Assembly (NCBI GenBank): GCA_001730085.1 | Contig: MDLB01000107.1 | Span: forward strand, 34,432-98,431 | Direction of reading: 5' to 3' | DNA length: 64,000 bases | DNA from: PVC group bacterium (ex Bugula neritina AB1) | Lineage (GTDB): Bacteria > GCA-001730085 | Part shown: positions 9,138 through 22,533 of the stretch, piece by piece | How positions within the stretch are numbered: the first letter of the stretch is position 1 | Layout: every line of letters begins with the position of its first letter | The notes under the pieces: model-generated | What the model was told of the DNA's origin: nothing | The model's input: the letters and a program-made list of their open reading frames with translations, nothing else | Databases searched by the model: none | Program-made: the position numbers and the translations under genes

Positions 9138-9726
9138 AGGTTTATCAAAAAAAATATCTTTACCTATAGATGACGCGACTATTCGAACATTACGGATCGG
9201 AGACAACCTTGAAGTTAGCGGAACTATTGTAACCGCCAGAGATATGGCTCACAAATTTATGGTTAAAGAGTCTCCTTCTTTCCTAAAGCCATTACTCAAA
9301 AATACATTCATTTATCACTGTGGACCTGTGATCCGAAAAGAAAGCAACGGATACCGCTTTTTAGCCGCAGGCCCTACCACAAGTATTCGAGAAGAACCTT
9401 ACCAAGATAAAGTTATCAAAGATTATCAAGTCAGAGGTGTTATTGGGAAAGGTGGTATGGGTGCTAAAACCTTGAAAGCTCTACAAGAACATGGTGCTGT
9501 TTACCTTCACGCAACAGGTGGCGCCGCCCCTCTTTTAGCTCAACATATCATCTCTGTCAAAGATGTTCACATGCTTGACGAGTTTGGAGTTCCAGAAGCA
9601 ATGTGGGTAATAGAAGTCAAAGATTTTCCCGTATTAGTAACCATGGACACAACAGGTGCAAGCCTCCATGCAGAACTTATTAAATCTTCTTCGGATCTTC
9701 GAGACAAATTGATGGACACGCTGTAA
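9130..9726 (+). CDS. fumB: Class I fumarate hydratase beta subunit (Fe-S hydro-lyase, TtdB/FumA C-terminal domain)
   Basis: Matches the beta-subunit family (GTIVTARDMAHKFM, GPTTSIREEPY, GKGGMG, ATGGAAPLLA). Preferred start is ATG 9130 (MNKGLSKK) rather than the track start 9109. Overlaps the alpha subunit stop. Confidence 0.85.
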   Translation: MNKGLSKKISLPIDDATIRTLRIGDNLEVSGTIVTARDMAHKFMVKESPSFLKPLLKNTFIYHCGPVIRKESNGYRFLAAGPTTSIREEPYQDKVIKDYQVRGVIGKGGMGAKTLKALQEHGAVYLHATGGAAPLLAQHIISVKDVHMLDEFGVPEAMWVIEVKDFPVLVTMDTTGASLHAELIKSSSDLRDKLMDTL

Positions 9727-9805
9727 AATAGCTAAACAATCTCTCTTACGTATTTCTCTTTTTCAAAAATAAAAATTTTAACGAATGATAGACAAGAACG
9801 GACCT

Positions 9806-10483
9806 CTACGTTTCAAAAAGAACACCCTCTGCTAAGCGAAACTGTCTCTTGTTTCTCTTGGCGAAGGATTGGTCATGTGTAACCAAAATCATCGCGACTT
9901 TATGCTCTTCATTGATCTCTTCTATTAAGCTCTGTATAAACAAGCTCGTATGACTATCTAAATTCCCTGTAGGTTCATCCAATAAAATACACATAGGTTC
10001 AGAAGAAAGGGCTCTCGCCAAAGATAGTCTTTGCTGCTCTCCTCCCGAAAGTTCTTTAGGAAAGTGCTGCCCTCTATCTCCCAATCCAACACGATCCAAC
10101 CATTTCAAGGATGTCTCTAAGGCACTACGCTTGCTTTTTCGGCTCATCATCTGAGGAAGCATAATATTTTCTATCGCCGTTAAAGAGCTTAGTAAATGAA
10201 AGAATTGAAAAACAAAACCTATTGAAGAGTTTCGATAGTCGGCTTTTTGAGAAGAAGACATTCTTCTTATGGCATTCTCTTTAAAAAAAAACTCTCCTTC
10301 AAAATGATTATCCAACAAACCTATAATATGCAAAAGAGTGCTCTTTCCTGAACCTGAAGAGCCTTCTATTGAAACAAACTCTCCCTCATGAACCTCTAAA
10401 GAGACATCTTTTAAAACATTGATAGTATTTTTAGAAACATGAAAATCTTTTTTTATATTTTGCAACTCTATGATCTTACTCAT
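9806..10483 (-). CDS. lolD: Lipoprotein-releasing ABC transporter ATP-binding protein LolD-like
   Basis: Walker A GSSGSGKST, signature LSGGEQQR, Walker B LLDEPTGNLD. Downstream of, and overlapping, the FtsX-like permease gene. Confidence 0.8.
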   Translation of the reverse strand: MSKIIELQNIKKDFHVSKNTINVLKDVSLEVHEGEFVSIEGSSGSGKSTLLHIIGLLDNHFEGEFFFKENAIRRMSSSQKADYRNSSIGFVFQFFHLLSSLTAIENIMLPQMMSRKSKRSALETSLKWLDRVGLGDRGQHFPKELSGGEQQRLSLARALSSEPMCILLDEPTGNLDSHTSLFIQSLIEEINEEHKVAMILVTHDQSFAKRNKRQFRLAEGVLFET

Positions 10484-11705
10484 AACGCAGTGCTTTCACT
10501 GGATCAAGTTTTGATGCAAAAAAAGCAGGATACAGCGTCGAAACAAAACATATCAACATAGCTCCCCCCATCATCCAAAAAGTATCTTGAAAGTTAATCT
10601 TAACTGGCAGTTTATTAACGTAGTAAACATCTGTTGGCAAGTTTATCCAGGATGAATCTTTCAATAGAGCACAAAGCCCCAATCCCAATAAAAACCCTAA
10701 AGCTGTTCCCGCAATCCCTATCAAAGACCCCTGTATAGAAAAAATCATAATAATAGATTTTCGTTTAGCTCCCAAAGCTTTTAAAAGACCTATTTCTTTC
10801 GTTTTGTCCATAATAAACATAATCAACATATTAGCAATATTAAAAGCAGAAACAATAATGATCAAAAATAAAATCACGATCATAGCTGTTTTTTCTAATT
10901 TAAGCGCTGATAAAAGATTCTTATTCCGATCATACCATGCGGAAACATACATGAAGGAAGGTAGTATCTTTTGAATTTCCTCACTATCCTTTTCTAATTG
11001 AAAGTTCGGGCGTAAAAGAATATTGATATATTGAAAAACATCGAGATCTTCATTCTCAAACATTTTTTCAAACATATCCAAAGAAATATAAACAAGAGAA
11101 ACATCAAGATCATACATATTCGTCTCAAATATATTGATCACCTGAAACTTTTGAAGATCAGCACCTCTCATCTTTCTTTTCATCAACTTAGTAGGAGAAA
11201 TGATTTCAATAAAGTCTCCTACCTGGACTTTCAAAATTTTTGCCAAATCAAAACCTAAAATAACCTGAGGAGTCCCATCCTCTGCGGTCAAATTTTTAGT
11301 TAAGATTTCTTGCTTAAGAGACTCCACAATTCGAGACGTCTTTTCTTCCATTTCCCAATTGACACCCTTAACAAGAACGCCTCTAGCTTTATGAGAACTT
11401 CGGATAAGCGCCTGCACTGACATTTGAGGAGACATTGACTGAATTTTTGGGTACGAATTTAACTCATCCAGCAAACTCTCAGAGATACTCACTTGGTCTG
11501 GAACATGCACAGTTAAGTGGGCATCCATGCCAATAAACTTTTCCACAAGTTCACTATTGAAACCATTCATAACCGCCATAACAACAATCAAGGAGCAAAC
11601 AGCCATCCCAACTCCAAGTATCGACATGATACTTATAAAAGTTATAAAATTTTGCCGACTCCTAGACCGTAAATACTTCCAAGCTAAAAAAAACTCGTAT
11701 CTCAT
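10476..11705 (-). CDS. lolC: LolC/LolE-family (FtsX-like) lipoprotein-releasing system permease
   Basis: N-terminal TM, a large periplasmic MacB-like domain, and three C-terminal TM helices (FtsX domain). Overlaps lolD. Confidence 0.8.
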   Translation of the reverse strand: MRYEFFLAWKYLRSRSRQNFITFISIMSILGVGMAVCSLIVVMAVMNGFNSELVEKFIGMDAHLTVHVPDQVSISESLLDELNSYPKIQSMSPQMSVQALIRSSHKARGVLVKGVNWEMEEKTSRIVESLKQEILTKNLTAEDGTPQVILGFDLAKILKVQVGDFIEIISPTKLMKRKMRGADLQKFQVINIFETNMYDLDVSLVYISLDMFEKMFENEDLDVFQYINILLRPNFQLEKDSEEIQKILPSFMYVSAWYDRNKNLLSALKLEKTAMIVILFLIIIVSAFNIANMLIMFIMDKTKEIGLLKALGAKRKSIIMIFSIQGSLIGIAGTALGFLLGLGLCALLKDSSWINLPTDVYYVNKLPVKINFQDTFWMMGGAMLICFVSTLYPAFFASKLDPVKALRYE

Positions 11706-13138
11706 GAAGTAGAACCATCTTTCCTCATTTGTGGAAACAAAATAACTTCTCTAATATTAACAACTCCTGTGAGTAGCATTGCAAGTCTGTCAATCCCTAT
11801 CCCCAAACCTCCTGCAGGCGGCATGCCATATTCAAGAGCATTTACAAAGTCCTCATCAATACTATAACCATCTTCTCCCTCTCTAAGGTCTATTTGATCT
11901 TGGAAGCGGCGTTTTTGCTCAACGGGATCATTAAGCTCCGAATAAGCATTAGCGATCTCTTGCCCTCCAATAAAGAGTTCAAACCTTTCCGACAAGGTGG
12001 GATCATGTGGATGTGTTTTACTCAAAGGACAAAGCTCCGTAGGAAAGTCAATAACAAAGGTTGGGTTAATGAGTGTTTTTTCAACTTCTTCTTCAAAAAT
12101 ATGAGCTAACAAACCGGCGCGTGTCATTTTATGTGAATCATCAAACCCATATTTAGCAGAAAGTTCTTTCAAATTAACAGTATCTATATTTACACCTGTA
12201 TGATCTTTAACCGCGTCCTTCATGGACACTCTTTTCCACGGGGTTGAAAAATCCAAGGAATGATCTCCCCATTTCAAAACCATTGAAGGGTCACGCTCTT
12301 GAACAAGATGAACTATTAAATCTTCCGTTATCTTCATCATATCTTCATAGTTACCATAAGCGGCATAAAGCTCTAACATTGTAAACTCTGGGTTATGCCT
12401 AGGAGAAACCCCTTCATTTCGAAAGTTCCGATTGATTTCATAAACTTTTTCGAAACCTCCAACCAACAACCTTTTTAAATAAAGCTCCGGCGCTATCCGC
12501 AAGTAAAGATCGAGATCTAAAGTATTGTGATGTGTAATAAAAGGCTTCGCAGCAGCACCTCCAGCAACATCATGCATCATTGGGGTTTCAACTTCCATAT
12601 AGCCAAGAGACTCAAGGTACTGTCTTGTTTTTTGAATCATTTGACTCCGAAATTTAAATCTTTCTCTCACTTCATCATTCACAATCAAGTCCAAGTATCT
12701 TTGTCTCACACGTAGCTCTTGATTTTTTAATCCATGAAACTTTTCAGGCAAAGGCATCAACGATTTTGACAAAATTTCAAAAGATTCTATAAGAATTGTC
12801 GGCTCTCCTGTTCTTGTTAGAAAAGCTTTACCCTTAACACCAATAATATCTCCAACATCCAACTTTTTAACAAAATCCATATTCTCTGATCCGAGAATAT
12901 CTTTGTGAAAATAAGTTTGAACCTTACCTGTTTCATCCTTAATATCAGCAAATAAAGTTTTACCATGCCCTCTTAAAAGAACCATTCGCCCTGTTAAAGA
13001 AACTTCCAAGTCTTTTTCAAAAACTTTCAAAAAACTTTCAATGGTATGTGTTTTTAAGAATTTTTTGCCGTAGGGGTTCATACCTGCATCCATAAGCTCT
13101 TGTCTTTTCTTTATGCGAACATCCCTAATCTCACTCAC
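11702..13138 (-). CDS. lysS: Lysine--tRNA ligase (class II)
   Basis: N-terminal OB anticodon-binding domain, class II motifs 1-3 (FRNEG, ...GGLGIGIDRL). Typical LysRS length of 478 aa. Confidence 0.95.
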   Translation of the reverse strand: MSEIRDVRIKKRQELMDAGMNPYGKKFLKTHTIESFLKVFEKDLEVSLTGRMVLLRGHGKTLFADIKDETGKVQTYFHKDILGSENMDFVKKLDVGDIIGVKGKAFLTRTGEPTILIESFEILSKSLMPLPEKFHGLKNQELRVRQRYLDLIVNDEVRERFKFRSQMIQKTRQYLESLGYMEVETPMMHDVAGGAAAKPFITHHNTLDLDLYLRIAPELYLKRLLVGGFEKVYEINRNFRNEGVSPRHNPEFTMLELYAAYGNYEDMMKITEDLIVHLVQERDPSMVLKWGDHSLDFSTPWKRVSMKDAVKDHTGVNIDTVNLKELSAKYGFDDSHKMTRAGLLAHIFEEEVEKTLINPTFVIDFPTELCPLSKTHPHDPTLSERFELFIGGQEIANAYSELNDPVEQKRRFQDQIDLREGEDGYSIDEDFVNALEYGMPPAGGLGIGIDRLAMLLTGVVNIREVILFPQMRKDGSTS

Positions 13139-14081
13139 AAAAAAATCCTCCTTTTTCCTTAAGTGATTTTTTCAAATCATCTGGTGTTTTCAAAATAGTT
13201 GTAACGCCAACCTCCAACATTTTTTGTCGAAGAGTCACGTTTTCTTTATTCATAAATGCCCTTGGTTCTATCTTTATCTTCTCTTTCCCAGAAAAACACA
13301 TCAACATATCATCTATCTGGTCACCAATATAGACATACTCTCTATCCTTTAAACCTTTTTTATCAAAAAATGCATCAATCATCCATAAACTTTGCGGATG
13401 AGGCTTTTTCATTTTTTCCCCAACATCTGTTAAGGTTACAATCTTATCAAAAAAAGGAAGAAATCCGAATTTCTGTAAAGAATACAGGGCATCCTGTTTT
13501 TCTCTACCTGTAGCTATCGCCATTCCTGAGCTTTTGTTATTTATTTCTTTTAAAAAATCCGTAGAAAAAATTTTTTTTTCATTATGAATAGTTCCCACCT
13601 CCTTAACGTGAGCAGGTTTCTGTTCATAAGTTTTCTGAAAAAGCTCTTCTCCTAAATAGTATTCTTGAAAAATCCTCTTAACAAGATTTTTAGGATGTAT
13701 CGTTTTGTCAGGAACAGATGTTTTATCAAATAAAACCCAATCAGCGTTCAGTCCTCCGGTAGCATCTAAAATAGCGCCTAATCCTTCACCTGAACACCCT
13801 TTTAAAAACGATTCAATATCAACGTTATCAACATGTTTCGAAGAGGAGCCAAACAAAAAAGATATACAATAAAGGATGCCAGCTGTTACGTCCCAATCGT
13901 CATTAAAAGAGCCTAAATTCTTAAATTTTTGAATACAATCTTTATCTATCCACAAATTATCCACAGATTTTTTTAAAACATTCTCAACATAAAAAAGAAC
14001 TGTTTTGGAAATAGCCTGATAAAAAGAATCCTCAACATCTATAAGAACTCCATCTATGTCAAAGACAACACATAAACTCAT
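13131..14081 (-). CDS. HAD-superfamily hydrolase-like protein
   Basis: Motif I VVFDIDGVLIDVEDSF at the N-terminus and the C-terminal YIGDQIDDM (motif IV-like). Unusually large cap. Confidence 0.55.
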   Translation of the reverse strand: MSLCVVFDIDGVLIDVEDSFYQAISKTVLFYVENVLKKSVDNLWIDKDCIQKFKNLGSFNDDWDVTAGILYCISFLFGSSSKHVDNVDIESFLKGCSGEGLGAILDATGGLNADWVLFDKTSVPDKTIHPKNLVKRIFQEYYLGEELFQKTYEQKPAHVKEVGTIHNEKKIFSTDFLKEINNKSSGMAIATGREKQDALYSLQKFGFLPFFDKIVTLTDVGEKMKKPHPQSLWMIDAFFDKKGLKDREYVYIGDQIDDMLMCFSGKEKIKIEPRAFMNKENVTLRQKMLEVGVTTILKTPDDLKKSLKEKGGFFCE

Positions 14082-14342
14082 TGACTTCCCCTATTAAACA
14101 TAAATCGAATGAACGCATTACAAAAATCTAAAGGCGATTCCTGCATAATATTTTAGACAGTTTCTTGAAAGCCTCCTAAAAGAGGTTACTATTATAAACC
14201 CCTTTTCAATAAAAGCTACGGAAAGATTTTTCTATAATCTCAAAGCTTCTTATCCATTAAAAGTATCGTATATTTGGAAAAGCTTAACTTAATTTAAATA
14301 AAAAAGACCTATAAATTAAAGATAACCTTCTTCGAAACAATT

Positions 14343-15101
14343 TTACCCTTTTAGTGATTTCAAAATTGATTGTCGGTTCGCACGTGCTATATTCGAAACA
14401 GAAATACTTTTAGGACAAGCAGCCTCACACTCATAGGTATTAGAACAATGACCAAAGTTTTCCTCATCTACTTGATCCAACATATCTTCAACCCTTTGCA
14501 AGCTCTCAGGCTGACCTTGTGGCAACAAAGATAACTGAGAAATTTTAGCTCCAACAAAAAGCATCGGAGAAGCATTGGGGCAAGCCGCGACACAGGCGCC
14601 ACAGCCTATGCAAGAAGCTGCATCCATCGCTAAGTCTGCTTTCTCCTTATCTATTAATGTAGCATTGGCATCAGGAGCACTCCCTGTTTTCGCAGAAATA
14701 TATCCCCCAGAAGAGACAATCCTGTCTAAAGCAGACCTATCGACCACCAAGTCTTTCACAACAGGCATCCCCGCTGATCTCCAAGGCTCTACAACCAATG
14801 TATCTTGATCTTTAAAATGACGCATATGAAGCTGACAAAGTGTCGTATCTTTTAATGGTCCATGAGCCTCTCCATTCACCATTGCACCACACATACCACA
14901 TATACCTTCGCGACAGTCATGATCAAAAGCGACAGGCTCCTCATTTTGAGCCACAAGTTTTTCATTAAGAAGATCTAGCGTTTCTAAAAAAGACATGGAG
15001 ACACTTACGTCTTCCAGTTGATATTCTTTAAACTTCCCTTTATCCTCTGGGCTCGATTGTCTCCAAATTTTAAAATTGAGCGTTATTTTTTTTGACATCA
15101 T
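14343..15101 (-). CDS. sdhB: Succinate dehydrogenase / fumarate reductase iron-sulfur subunit
   Basis: 2Fe-2S ([10 protein letters not shown]), 4Fe-4S and 3Fe-4S cysteine clusters ([24 protein letters not shown]). Confidence 0.9.
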   Translation of the reverse strand: MMSKKITLNFKIWRQSSPEDKGKFKEYQLEDVSVSMSFLETLDLLNEKLVAQNEEPVAFDHDCREGICGMCGAMVNGEAHGPLKDTTLCQLHMRHFKDQDTLVVEPWRSAGMPVVKDLVVDRSALDRIVSSGGYISAKTGSAPDANATLIDKEKADLAMDAASCIGCGACVAACPNASPMLFVGAKISQLSLLPQGQPESLQRVEDMLDQVDEENFGHCSNTYECEAACPKSISVSNIARANRQSILKSLKG

Positions 15102-17011
15102 TCATAACTCCTCTGAGAGAGTTTCACATTTTCAAATAAGAGCTCTTCCTGATGCCTAGAAGGAGCTTGGTTTTTATCTTTGTATTCCCAGACAGATGCG
15201 TGACAAAAATCTTTATCATTTCGTAGCGGGTCCCCTTTATCCGTTTGAAAATCTTCTCTAAAGTGACCTCCACAAGATTCATTACGAGACATCGCGTCTA
15301 AGATCATAAGCTCACCATACTCCAAGAAGTCGGCAACTCTACCAGCTTTTTCCAAGGACTGATTAAGATCTTTCGCAGAGCCAAGAACATTAACCTCTGA
15401 CCAAAAGCGTTCTTTTAACTCTAAAATCAAAGACAACCCCTCTTCTAAACCCTTAGGAGTTCGAGCTATTCCACAATGATTCCACATGATTTGCCCCAGT
15501 TTTTTATGAAAGTAATCAACCGTTTTGTTTCCCTTCACCTTGAGCAGGGTAGATATATGCTGATTAACTTTTTGTTTAGAATCTTCAGCAAGTGTAGAAC
15601 TTTTATCTTTTTGAATAGGGTCGACAGAAGCCAAGTAATCACTCACCGTAGCAGGTGCAACAAAATATCCATCTGCTAAGCCTTGCATTAAAGCACTGGC
15701 TCCCAAACGATTCGCACCATGATCTGAAAAATTCGCTTCTCCAAGAACAAATAGTCCGGGGATTGTACTCATCAAGTTATAGTCAACCCAGAGACCTCCC
15801 ATCGTATAATGCACCGCAGGGTAAATCCTCATAGGAACTTGAAAAGGACTCTCTCCGGTTATCCGGTCATACATGTCAAAGAGATTTCCATATTTTTCAA
15901 AAATCACATTCTTCCCAAATTTATCAATAGCTTTGCCAAAGTCAAGATAAACAGACATTTTATACTCACCCACACCTCGACCTTCATCACATTGTTTTTT
16001 CATGCTCCGAGCAGCTACATCTCTAGGAACAAGGTTCCCAAAACTTGGATAAATTCTTTCTAGAAAATAATCCCTTTCTTCTTCAGGGATTTCAGAAGGG
16101 TTCCTAGTATCTCCTGATCTTTTAGGCACCCAAACACGGCCATCATTCCTTAAACTTTCACTCATCAAAGTCAACTTTGATTGAGTGTCACCTTCGAGAG
16201 GCATACATGTAGGATGAATCTGAACAAAACAAGGATTGGCAAAACAAGCGCCTTTTTTGTAAGCTCTCCAAGCTGCCGTAACATTGCTAGCCATCGCATT
16301 TGTAGAAAGAAAAAAAACATTAGAATAGCCGCCTGTCGCCAAAACAACAGCATCAGCCATATGCGTTTCCAATTCCCCCGAAATAAGATTTCTAACAGTG
16401 ATTCCCTTCACTGCTTCATCCACGATCAAGTCAAGCATTTCTCTGCGAGAAAACAGCTCAATGTTTCCTCTGCCGACTTCTTTCATTAAAGCTCCGTAAG
16501 CCCCCAATAAAAGTTGCTGACCTGTTTGACCTCTAGCATAAAAAGTTCGTGAAACCTGCGCACCTCCAAATGACCTATTGGCTAAATAGCCACTATATTC
16601 ACGTGCAAAAGGAACTCCCTGAGCAACACATTGATCTATAATATTATTGCTAAGCTCAGCTAATCGGTAAACATTCGCTTCCCTAGCACGATAATCCCCA
16701 CCCTTGATTGTGTCATAAAAAAGACGAAAAATACTGTCTCCATCATTGCAATAGTTTTTTGCAGCATTGATACCCCCCTGAGCAGCTATACTATGAGCTC
16801 TACGGGGAGAATCTTGAATACAAAAAGACTTGACGTTATAGCCCATCTCCGATAAAGAAGCAGCAGCAGAGGCTCCTGCCAAGCCCGTTCCAACAACTAA
16901 AACAGTATAGTTTGAACGTCTAGAAGGGCTAACCAACTTAAGATTCATTTTATGATTTGACCACTTTTGTTCAAGAGGGCCAGAAGGGATCCTAGAGTTT
17001 AGATTCATCAA
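15098..17011 (-). CDS. sdhA: Succinate dehydrogenase / fumarate reductase flavoprotein subunit
   Basis: FAD-binding [10 protein letters not shown], a HPT motif, and full-length similarity to the SdhA/FrdA family. Confidence 0.95.
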   Translation of the reverse strand: MMNLNSRIPSGPLEQKWSNHKMNLKLVSPSRRSNYTVLVVGTGLAGASAAASLSEMGYNVKSFCIQDSPRRAHSIAAQGGINAAKNYCNDGDSIFRLFYDTIKGGDYRAREANVYRLAELSNNIIDQCVAQGVPFAREYSGYLANRSFGGAQVSRTFYARGQTGQQLLLGAYGALMKEVGRGNIELFSRREMLDLIVDEAVKGITVRNLISGELETHMADAVVLATGGYSNVFFLSTNAMASNVTAAWRAYKKGACFANPCFVQIHPTCMPLEGDTQSKLTLMSESLRNDGRVWVPKRSGDTRNPSEIPEEERDYFLERIYPSFGNLVPRDVAARSMKKQCDEGRGVGEYKMSVYLDFGKAIDKFGKNVIFEKYGNLFDMYDRITGESPFQVPMRIYPAVHYTMGGLWVDYNLMSTIPGLFVLGEANFSDHGANRLGASALMQGLADGYFVAPATVSDYLASVDPIQKDKSSTLAEDSKQKVNQHISTLLKVKGNKTVDYFHKKLGQIMWNHCGIARTPKGLEEGLSLILELKERFWSEVNVLGSAKDLNQSLEKAGRVADFLEYGELMILDAMSRNESCGGHFREDFQTDKGDPLRNDKDFCHASVWEYKDKNQAPSRHQEELLFENVKLSQRSYE

Positions 17012-17714
17012 GAACTCCCACTTTTATTACTTGATCGTTACCATAATGATTTAGAAAATATGCATATATCGGAATAGTCACATAAGATAAGGTTATACAT
17101 ATAGAAAAGATACGCGAAAACTTCTTCAAAAAACCACCATATTTTGAAGAGTATATCCCAAAGGTTTGAAAAAAACTTTGAAAACCATGATCCAAATGCA
17201 AGCCGACAGCAACCATAGAAAAAATATACCATAGCGAATGTCTTAAAGATGAAAAAGAGTTAAAGACAAGACCGTAGAGCCCGAGAGATTTTCCATTAAC
17301 TACAGTGGCCTGCCCTTCGTGACTAGAAAAAGTATAATCCAACAAGTGCAAAACAATGTATATAAAAATAATAGGACCCGTTAAGGTCATTAACCTAGAA
17401 GAAAAAGACCTTTGAGCAGAACTTTTTTGGACAGAATATTTAACAGGCCGAACTTTTCTTTTTCTGATTATCAAGAATACGGTTAGGTACATATGAAAAA
17501 TAAAAATAAGAAACAGTACAAACTCAAAAAAGTTAAGAAAAGGTCTCATATTTTGAAGTTTTTTTGCGTACCCATTAAAGACATCTGCGCCAGCAAAAAA
17601 CGTTAAGTTTCCCGCCAAGTGAGCGACAACAAAAAAAATCAAAAATAATCCTGTGACAGCTATGATTTGTTTAATTCTAATCAAAGACTTAGGTACAAGA
17701 AAAGACATTTCCAA
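16992..17714 (-). CDS. sdhC: Succinate dehydrogenase cytochrome b membrane anchor (single-subunit, 5-TM, B. subtilis-type SdhC)
   Basis: Five predicted TM helices with conserved His residues. Located immediately upstream of, and overlapping, sdhA. Confidence 0.75.
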   Translation of the reverse strand: MEMSFLVPKSLIRIKQIIAVTGLFLIFFVVAHLAGNLTFFAGADVFNGYAKKLQNMRPFLNFFEFVLFLIFIFHMYLTVFLIIRKRKVRPVKYSVQKSSAQRSFSSRLMTLTGPIIFIYIVLHLLDYTFSSHEGQATVVNGKSLGLYGLVFNSFSSLRHSLWYIFSMVAVGLHLDHGFQSFFQTFGIYSSKYGGFLKKFSRIFSICITLSYVTIPIYAYFLNHYGNDQVIKVGVLDESKL

Positions 17715-17768
17715 CCTCGCTTTTAGAATCTTTTATCAAACTGTCTCTCATCTCTTTATTTCTACTCA

Positions 17769-18038
17769 TTAATCAATATTTTCTTCTACCAAAAGACTAA
17801 CAACATTGGAAGACACGTGAACGATACCCTTTTTTACAGACAAAGAGGTCGTTCCTTCATCAGTCTTCACATCAATGCGGCCATCTCTTAAAGGAGATAA
17901 GAAAGGTGCGTGCCCAAACATTAGTCCAACATCTCCATCAAGAGCAGGAACTAAAAGAAAAGACGCCTTTCCTTCCCATACTTTTTTCTCACGCGAAACA
18001 ATTTTTAAATCTAAAAACTGTTCTTCTTTTTTAGACAT
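17769..18038 (-). CDS. atpC: F1 ATP synthase epsilon subunit
   Basis: Short epsilon-like beta-sandwich sequence directly downstream of atpD. Confidence 0.8.
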   Translation of the reverse strand: MSKKEEQFLDLKIVSREKKVWEGKASFLLVPALDGDVGLMFGHAPFLSPLRDGRIDVKTDEGTTSLSVKKGIVHVSSNVVSLLVEENID

Positions 18039-18054
18039 ATATCCAACCCACTCT

Positions 18055-19461
<1,407 letters not shown>

Positions 19462-19599
19462 TTAAATTAGCTAGTTTCACTCACAGAAACTATTGCAACA
19501 TCTCTCATATTCTTTAGTGGAACATGATTTTAAAATAGTTTGCAATAATCCTTCTCAAACATTTAAGACACACAAAGCAAAAATAATCATATGTACTTT

Positions 19600-20448
19600 T
19601 TAAACATTGACCAAAGCTTCTGAGCCACTTGAAATTTCAATCATCTCTTTTGTTATTGCTGCTTGTCTAACTCGATTATAAATCAAGTTTAACGAAGAAA
19701 TCATTTCTTCTGCATTATGAGTAGCAGAGTCCATCGCTGCCATTCTAGCACTTTCCTCGCTCACAGCTGCTGAAGAAACGGCATAAGTTACTGAAGAAAA
19801 AAGATATTCTTCAACAAGTTGATCAAGAACCTCTTTTTCATCCATCTCGTAAAGGGTTTCTGCTTTTTTCCCTTCACATTCACCTTCACAAACAGGAAAA
19901 ATTTTTTTCAAAGAAACTTTTCTTGTCAAAGTGTTCACAAACTCTGTATATAAGAAAAAAACTCTATCGTAAGAAGCATATCTCTGAAGCACCACCTCAG
20001 AAACTTCTTGAACAAAACTTCCAAAAGAAATAGCCCCTGGATTCTCAAAAAAAAATTCCGAAGATTTTCCTAGGCCCTCAAAAAACATTTGTCCGCGCTT
20101 GCCAATAACTCCAATATCATAATCCGACTTTTTTAAAAGTGCCGTGGCTTCGCGAATAACCGCAGAGTTATAGTTACCACAAAGACCTCTATCCCCTGTA
20201 ATAATAACAACCAAGTCTTTCTGTTTATCCATCTTTGTTTTACGCAAAAAAGGGTTTGCTAAGCCTCTATTCCTCTGAGCCACATCCTCAACAACGTGCG
20301 CCATAACTTTTGCAGAAGGCTTGACCTTCTGAAAAGTCTTATCAAATTTGCGAAACTTAACACTGGAGATCATCTGCATCGCACGCGTCATCTTCTGAGT
20401 CTTTTTTACGCTATCTATACGTTTTTTAATTTTTCTTATTTTAGACAA
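19600..20448 (-). CDS. atpG: F1 ATP synthase gamma subunit
   Basis: Gamma-subunit N- and C-terminal coiled-coil helices (ITKEMIEISSGSEAL...). Confidence 0.9.
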   Translation of the reverse strand: MSKIRKIKKRIDSVKKTQKMTRAMQMISSVKFRKFDKTFQKVKPSAKVMAHVVEDVAQRNRGLANPFLRKTKMDKQKDLVVIITGDRGLCGNYNSAVIREATALLKKSDYDIGVIGKRGQMFFEGLGKSSEFFFENPGAISFGSFVQEVSEVVLQRYASYDRVFFLYTEFVNTLTRKVSLKKIFPVCEGECEGKKAETLYEMDEKEVLDQLVEEYLFSSVTYAVSSAAVSEESARMAAMDSATHNAEEMISSLNLIYNRVRQAAITKEMIEISSGSEALVNV

Positions 20449-20452
20449 TGTA

Positions 20453-21967
20453 TCACCTTAAATAATTTTCTCTCAATGGCTCCAAAATCTTAACCAAAAG
20501 ACTTTCCAAAGCTTCTGATAAAACCTTTTTAGCAAGTAATTTCTCAGCAAAATCTTTGCCTTGTTCTGTCTCAAAAAGAGGGATCAGAGCACCCTTAAAC
20601 TCAGCAATTTTATCAACAGGAACTTCGTCTAAGAATCCCTTTGTCCCGGCATAGACAAGAGCAACCTGCACAGCCAAAGAGTAAGGAGAATATTGAGATT
20701 GCTTCAAAAGCTCTGTCAATCGCTGTCCTCTTGTGATCTGTTTTTGTGTCGCAGGATCTAAATCTGTACCAAATTCAGAAAAAGACTCCACTTCTCGGAA
20801 TTGAGCTAAGTCTAGACGAAGACGACCTGCAACCTTTTTCATAGCCTTGGTCTGAGCACTTCCCCCTACACGAGAAACAGAGAGCCCAACATTAATCGCA
20901 GGACGCAAGCCTGAGTAAAAAAGATCTGCCTCTAAGTAAATCTGTCCATCTGTAATAGAAATCACATTCGTAGGAATATAAGCTGAAATATCTGAAGCTT
21001 GTGTCTCAATAATAGGCAAAGCCGTTAAAGACCCTCCACCTTTCTCTGGGCTCAATTTTGCCGCCCTCTCCAAAAGTCTAGAGTGTGAATAAAAAACATC
21101 CCCTGGATAAGCCTCTCTTCCCGGAGGTCTTCTCAACAAAAGCGAAAGCTGTCTATATGCTACAGCATGTTTAGATAAATCATCATAAACAATAAGAGCA
21201 TGCTCACCCTTATCTCTAAAATACTCTCCCATAGAGGCCCCACTATAGGCAGAGATATACTGCATCGCAACAGAGTCACTCGCTGAAGCAGCAACAATCG
21301 TGGTATATTTCATAGCTCCATGAGCTTCCAATGTGTTCCGGATACGAGCTATCGTTGACTTCTTCTGACCAATTGCAACATAGATACACTTAACATCCTG
21401 ATCAGCTTGATTCAAAATCGTATCAATAGCTATCGCTGTTTTTCCGGTTTTACGATCACCAATAATAAGCTCTCTTTGTCCTCTTCCAATAGGAATCATA
21501 GCATCAACAGAAAGAATACCCGTCTGCAAAGGTTCTTTCACTGGTTGTCTATCAACCACACCCAATGCCTCATTTTCAAGCGGATAAAAGTCAGTAGCAT
21601 TTATTTTTTCTTTACCATCCAAAGGATTCCCAAGAGGGTCAACAACCCGCCCTAACAACTCTTCTCCCACAGGAACTTGAACTGACTTGCCTGTCGCTTT
21701 GACCTCATCTCCTTCTTTCAAGGCTGTTTCATTCGCCAAAATAACAGCTCCAACAACGTCACTTTCAAGATTTAAAACCATCCCGTAAACTTTACTTCTG
21801 GGAAAAAACAAAAGCTCACCAATCATGGCGTTACGGATGCCATACAGTTTAGCTACTCCATCACCAACCTGAACAACCGTCCCTACTTCTGAAATTTCAA
21901 CCTGAGAAACATACTGGTCAATTTGACGACTTATGATCGACGTCAATTCTTCTGCTTTGAAACTCAC
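20453..21967 (-). CDS. atpA: F1 ATP synthase alpha subunit
   Basis: P-loop GDRKTGKT and full-length similarity to the alpha subunit. Confidence 0.97.
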   Translation of the reverse strand: MSFKAEELTSIISRQIDQYVSQVEISEVGTVVQVGDGVAKLYGIRNAMIGELLFFPRSKVYGMVLNLESDVVGAVILANETALKEGDEVKATGKSVQVPVGEELLGRVVDPLGNPLDGKEKINATDFYPLENEALGVVDRQPVKEPLQTGILSVDAMIPIGRGQRELIIGDRKTGKTAIAIDTILNQADQDVKCIYVAIGQKKSTIARIRNTLEAHGAMKYTTIVAASASDSVAMQYISAYSGASMGEYFRDKGEHALIVYDDLSKHAVAYRQLSLLLRRPPGREAYPGDVFYSHSRLLERAAKLSPEKGGGSLTALPIIETQASDISAYIPTNVISITDGQIYLEADLFYSGLRPAINVGLSVSRVGGSAQTKAMKKVAGRLRLDLAQFREVESFSEFGTDLDPATQKQITRGQRLTELLKQSQYSPYSLAVQVALVYAGTKGFLDEVPVDKIAEFKGALIPLFETEQGKDFAEKLLAKKVLSEALESLLVKILEPLRENYLR

Positions 21968-21984
21968 TATTTCATCCTCGCTTT

Positions 21985-22533
21985 TTAATGCTCCGCAGAG
22001 CTACTTTTAAGTTTTTGCAACTGACACAGCAAACTTGCATCGTACAAGGTATCTCCTAGTCGAACACGAAATCCAGCCATAAGAGACCCTATCTCCGTCA
22101 CTTTCCAATCAATCTTTTTATCACTCCCTAACTTTTCTCCAAAAAGAGATTTTATATAAGAAAGATCCTCCGAAGAAGTATTAGGAGTTATTTCAATTTC
22201 GCCAGCTAGAATATTATTTTCCTCTCGAAATAAAAGCCTAAAAGCTTCCGCAACAGACTTTAACAAGGAAAATCTTCCATGATCCATCAAGGTCATTACA
22301 GACGCAATAAAGTCTTTCTCAAGTTTTATAGCTGACAAAATTTGCATAAAAACAAGCTTCTTCTCTCGAAAATCAATTTTAGGATGTGTCAGAAAAACAC
22401 TAATAGAAGGATATTCATCCAAAAGACTTTCTAAAAGTTGAAAGTTTTCTAAAAAAAGCTTCACACGAGAAACATCTGAAGAAACTTGCTTTAAAAATGC
22501 CAATGCATATCTACGAGAAAGATCACTACTCAT
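21985..22533 (-). CDS. atpH: F1 ATP synthase delta (OSCP) subunit
   Basis: Operon position and size (182 aa); delta-like N-terminal helical bundle. Confidence 0.75.
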   Translation of the reverse strand: MSSDLSRRYALAFLKQVSSDVSRVKLFLENFQLLESLLDEYPSISVFLTHPKIDFREKKLVFMQILSAIKLEKDFIASVMTLMDHGRFSLLKSVAEAFRLLFREENNILAGEIEITPNTSSEDLSYIKSLFGEKLGSDKKIDWKVTEIGSLMAGFRVRLGDTLYDASLLCQLQKLKSSSAEH

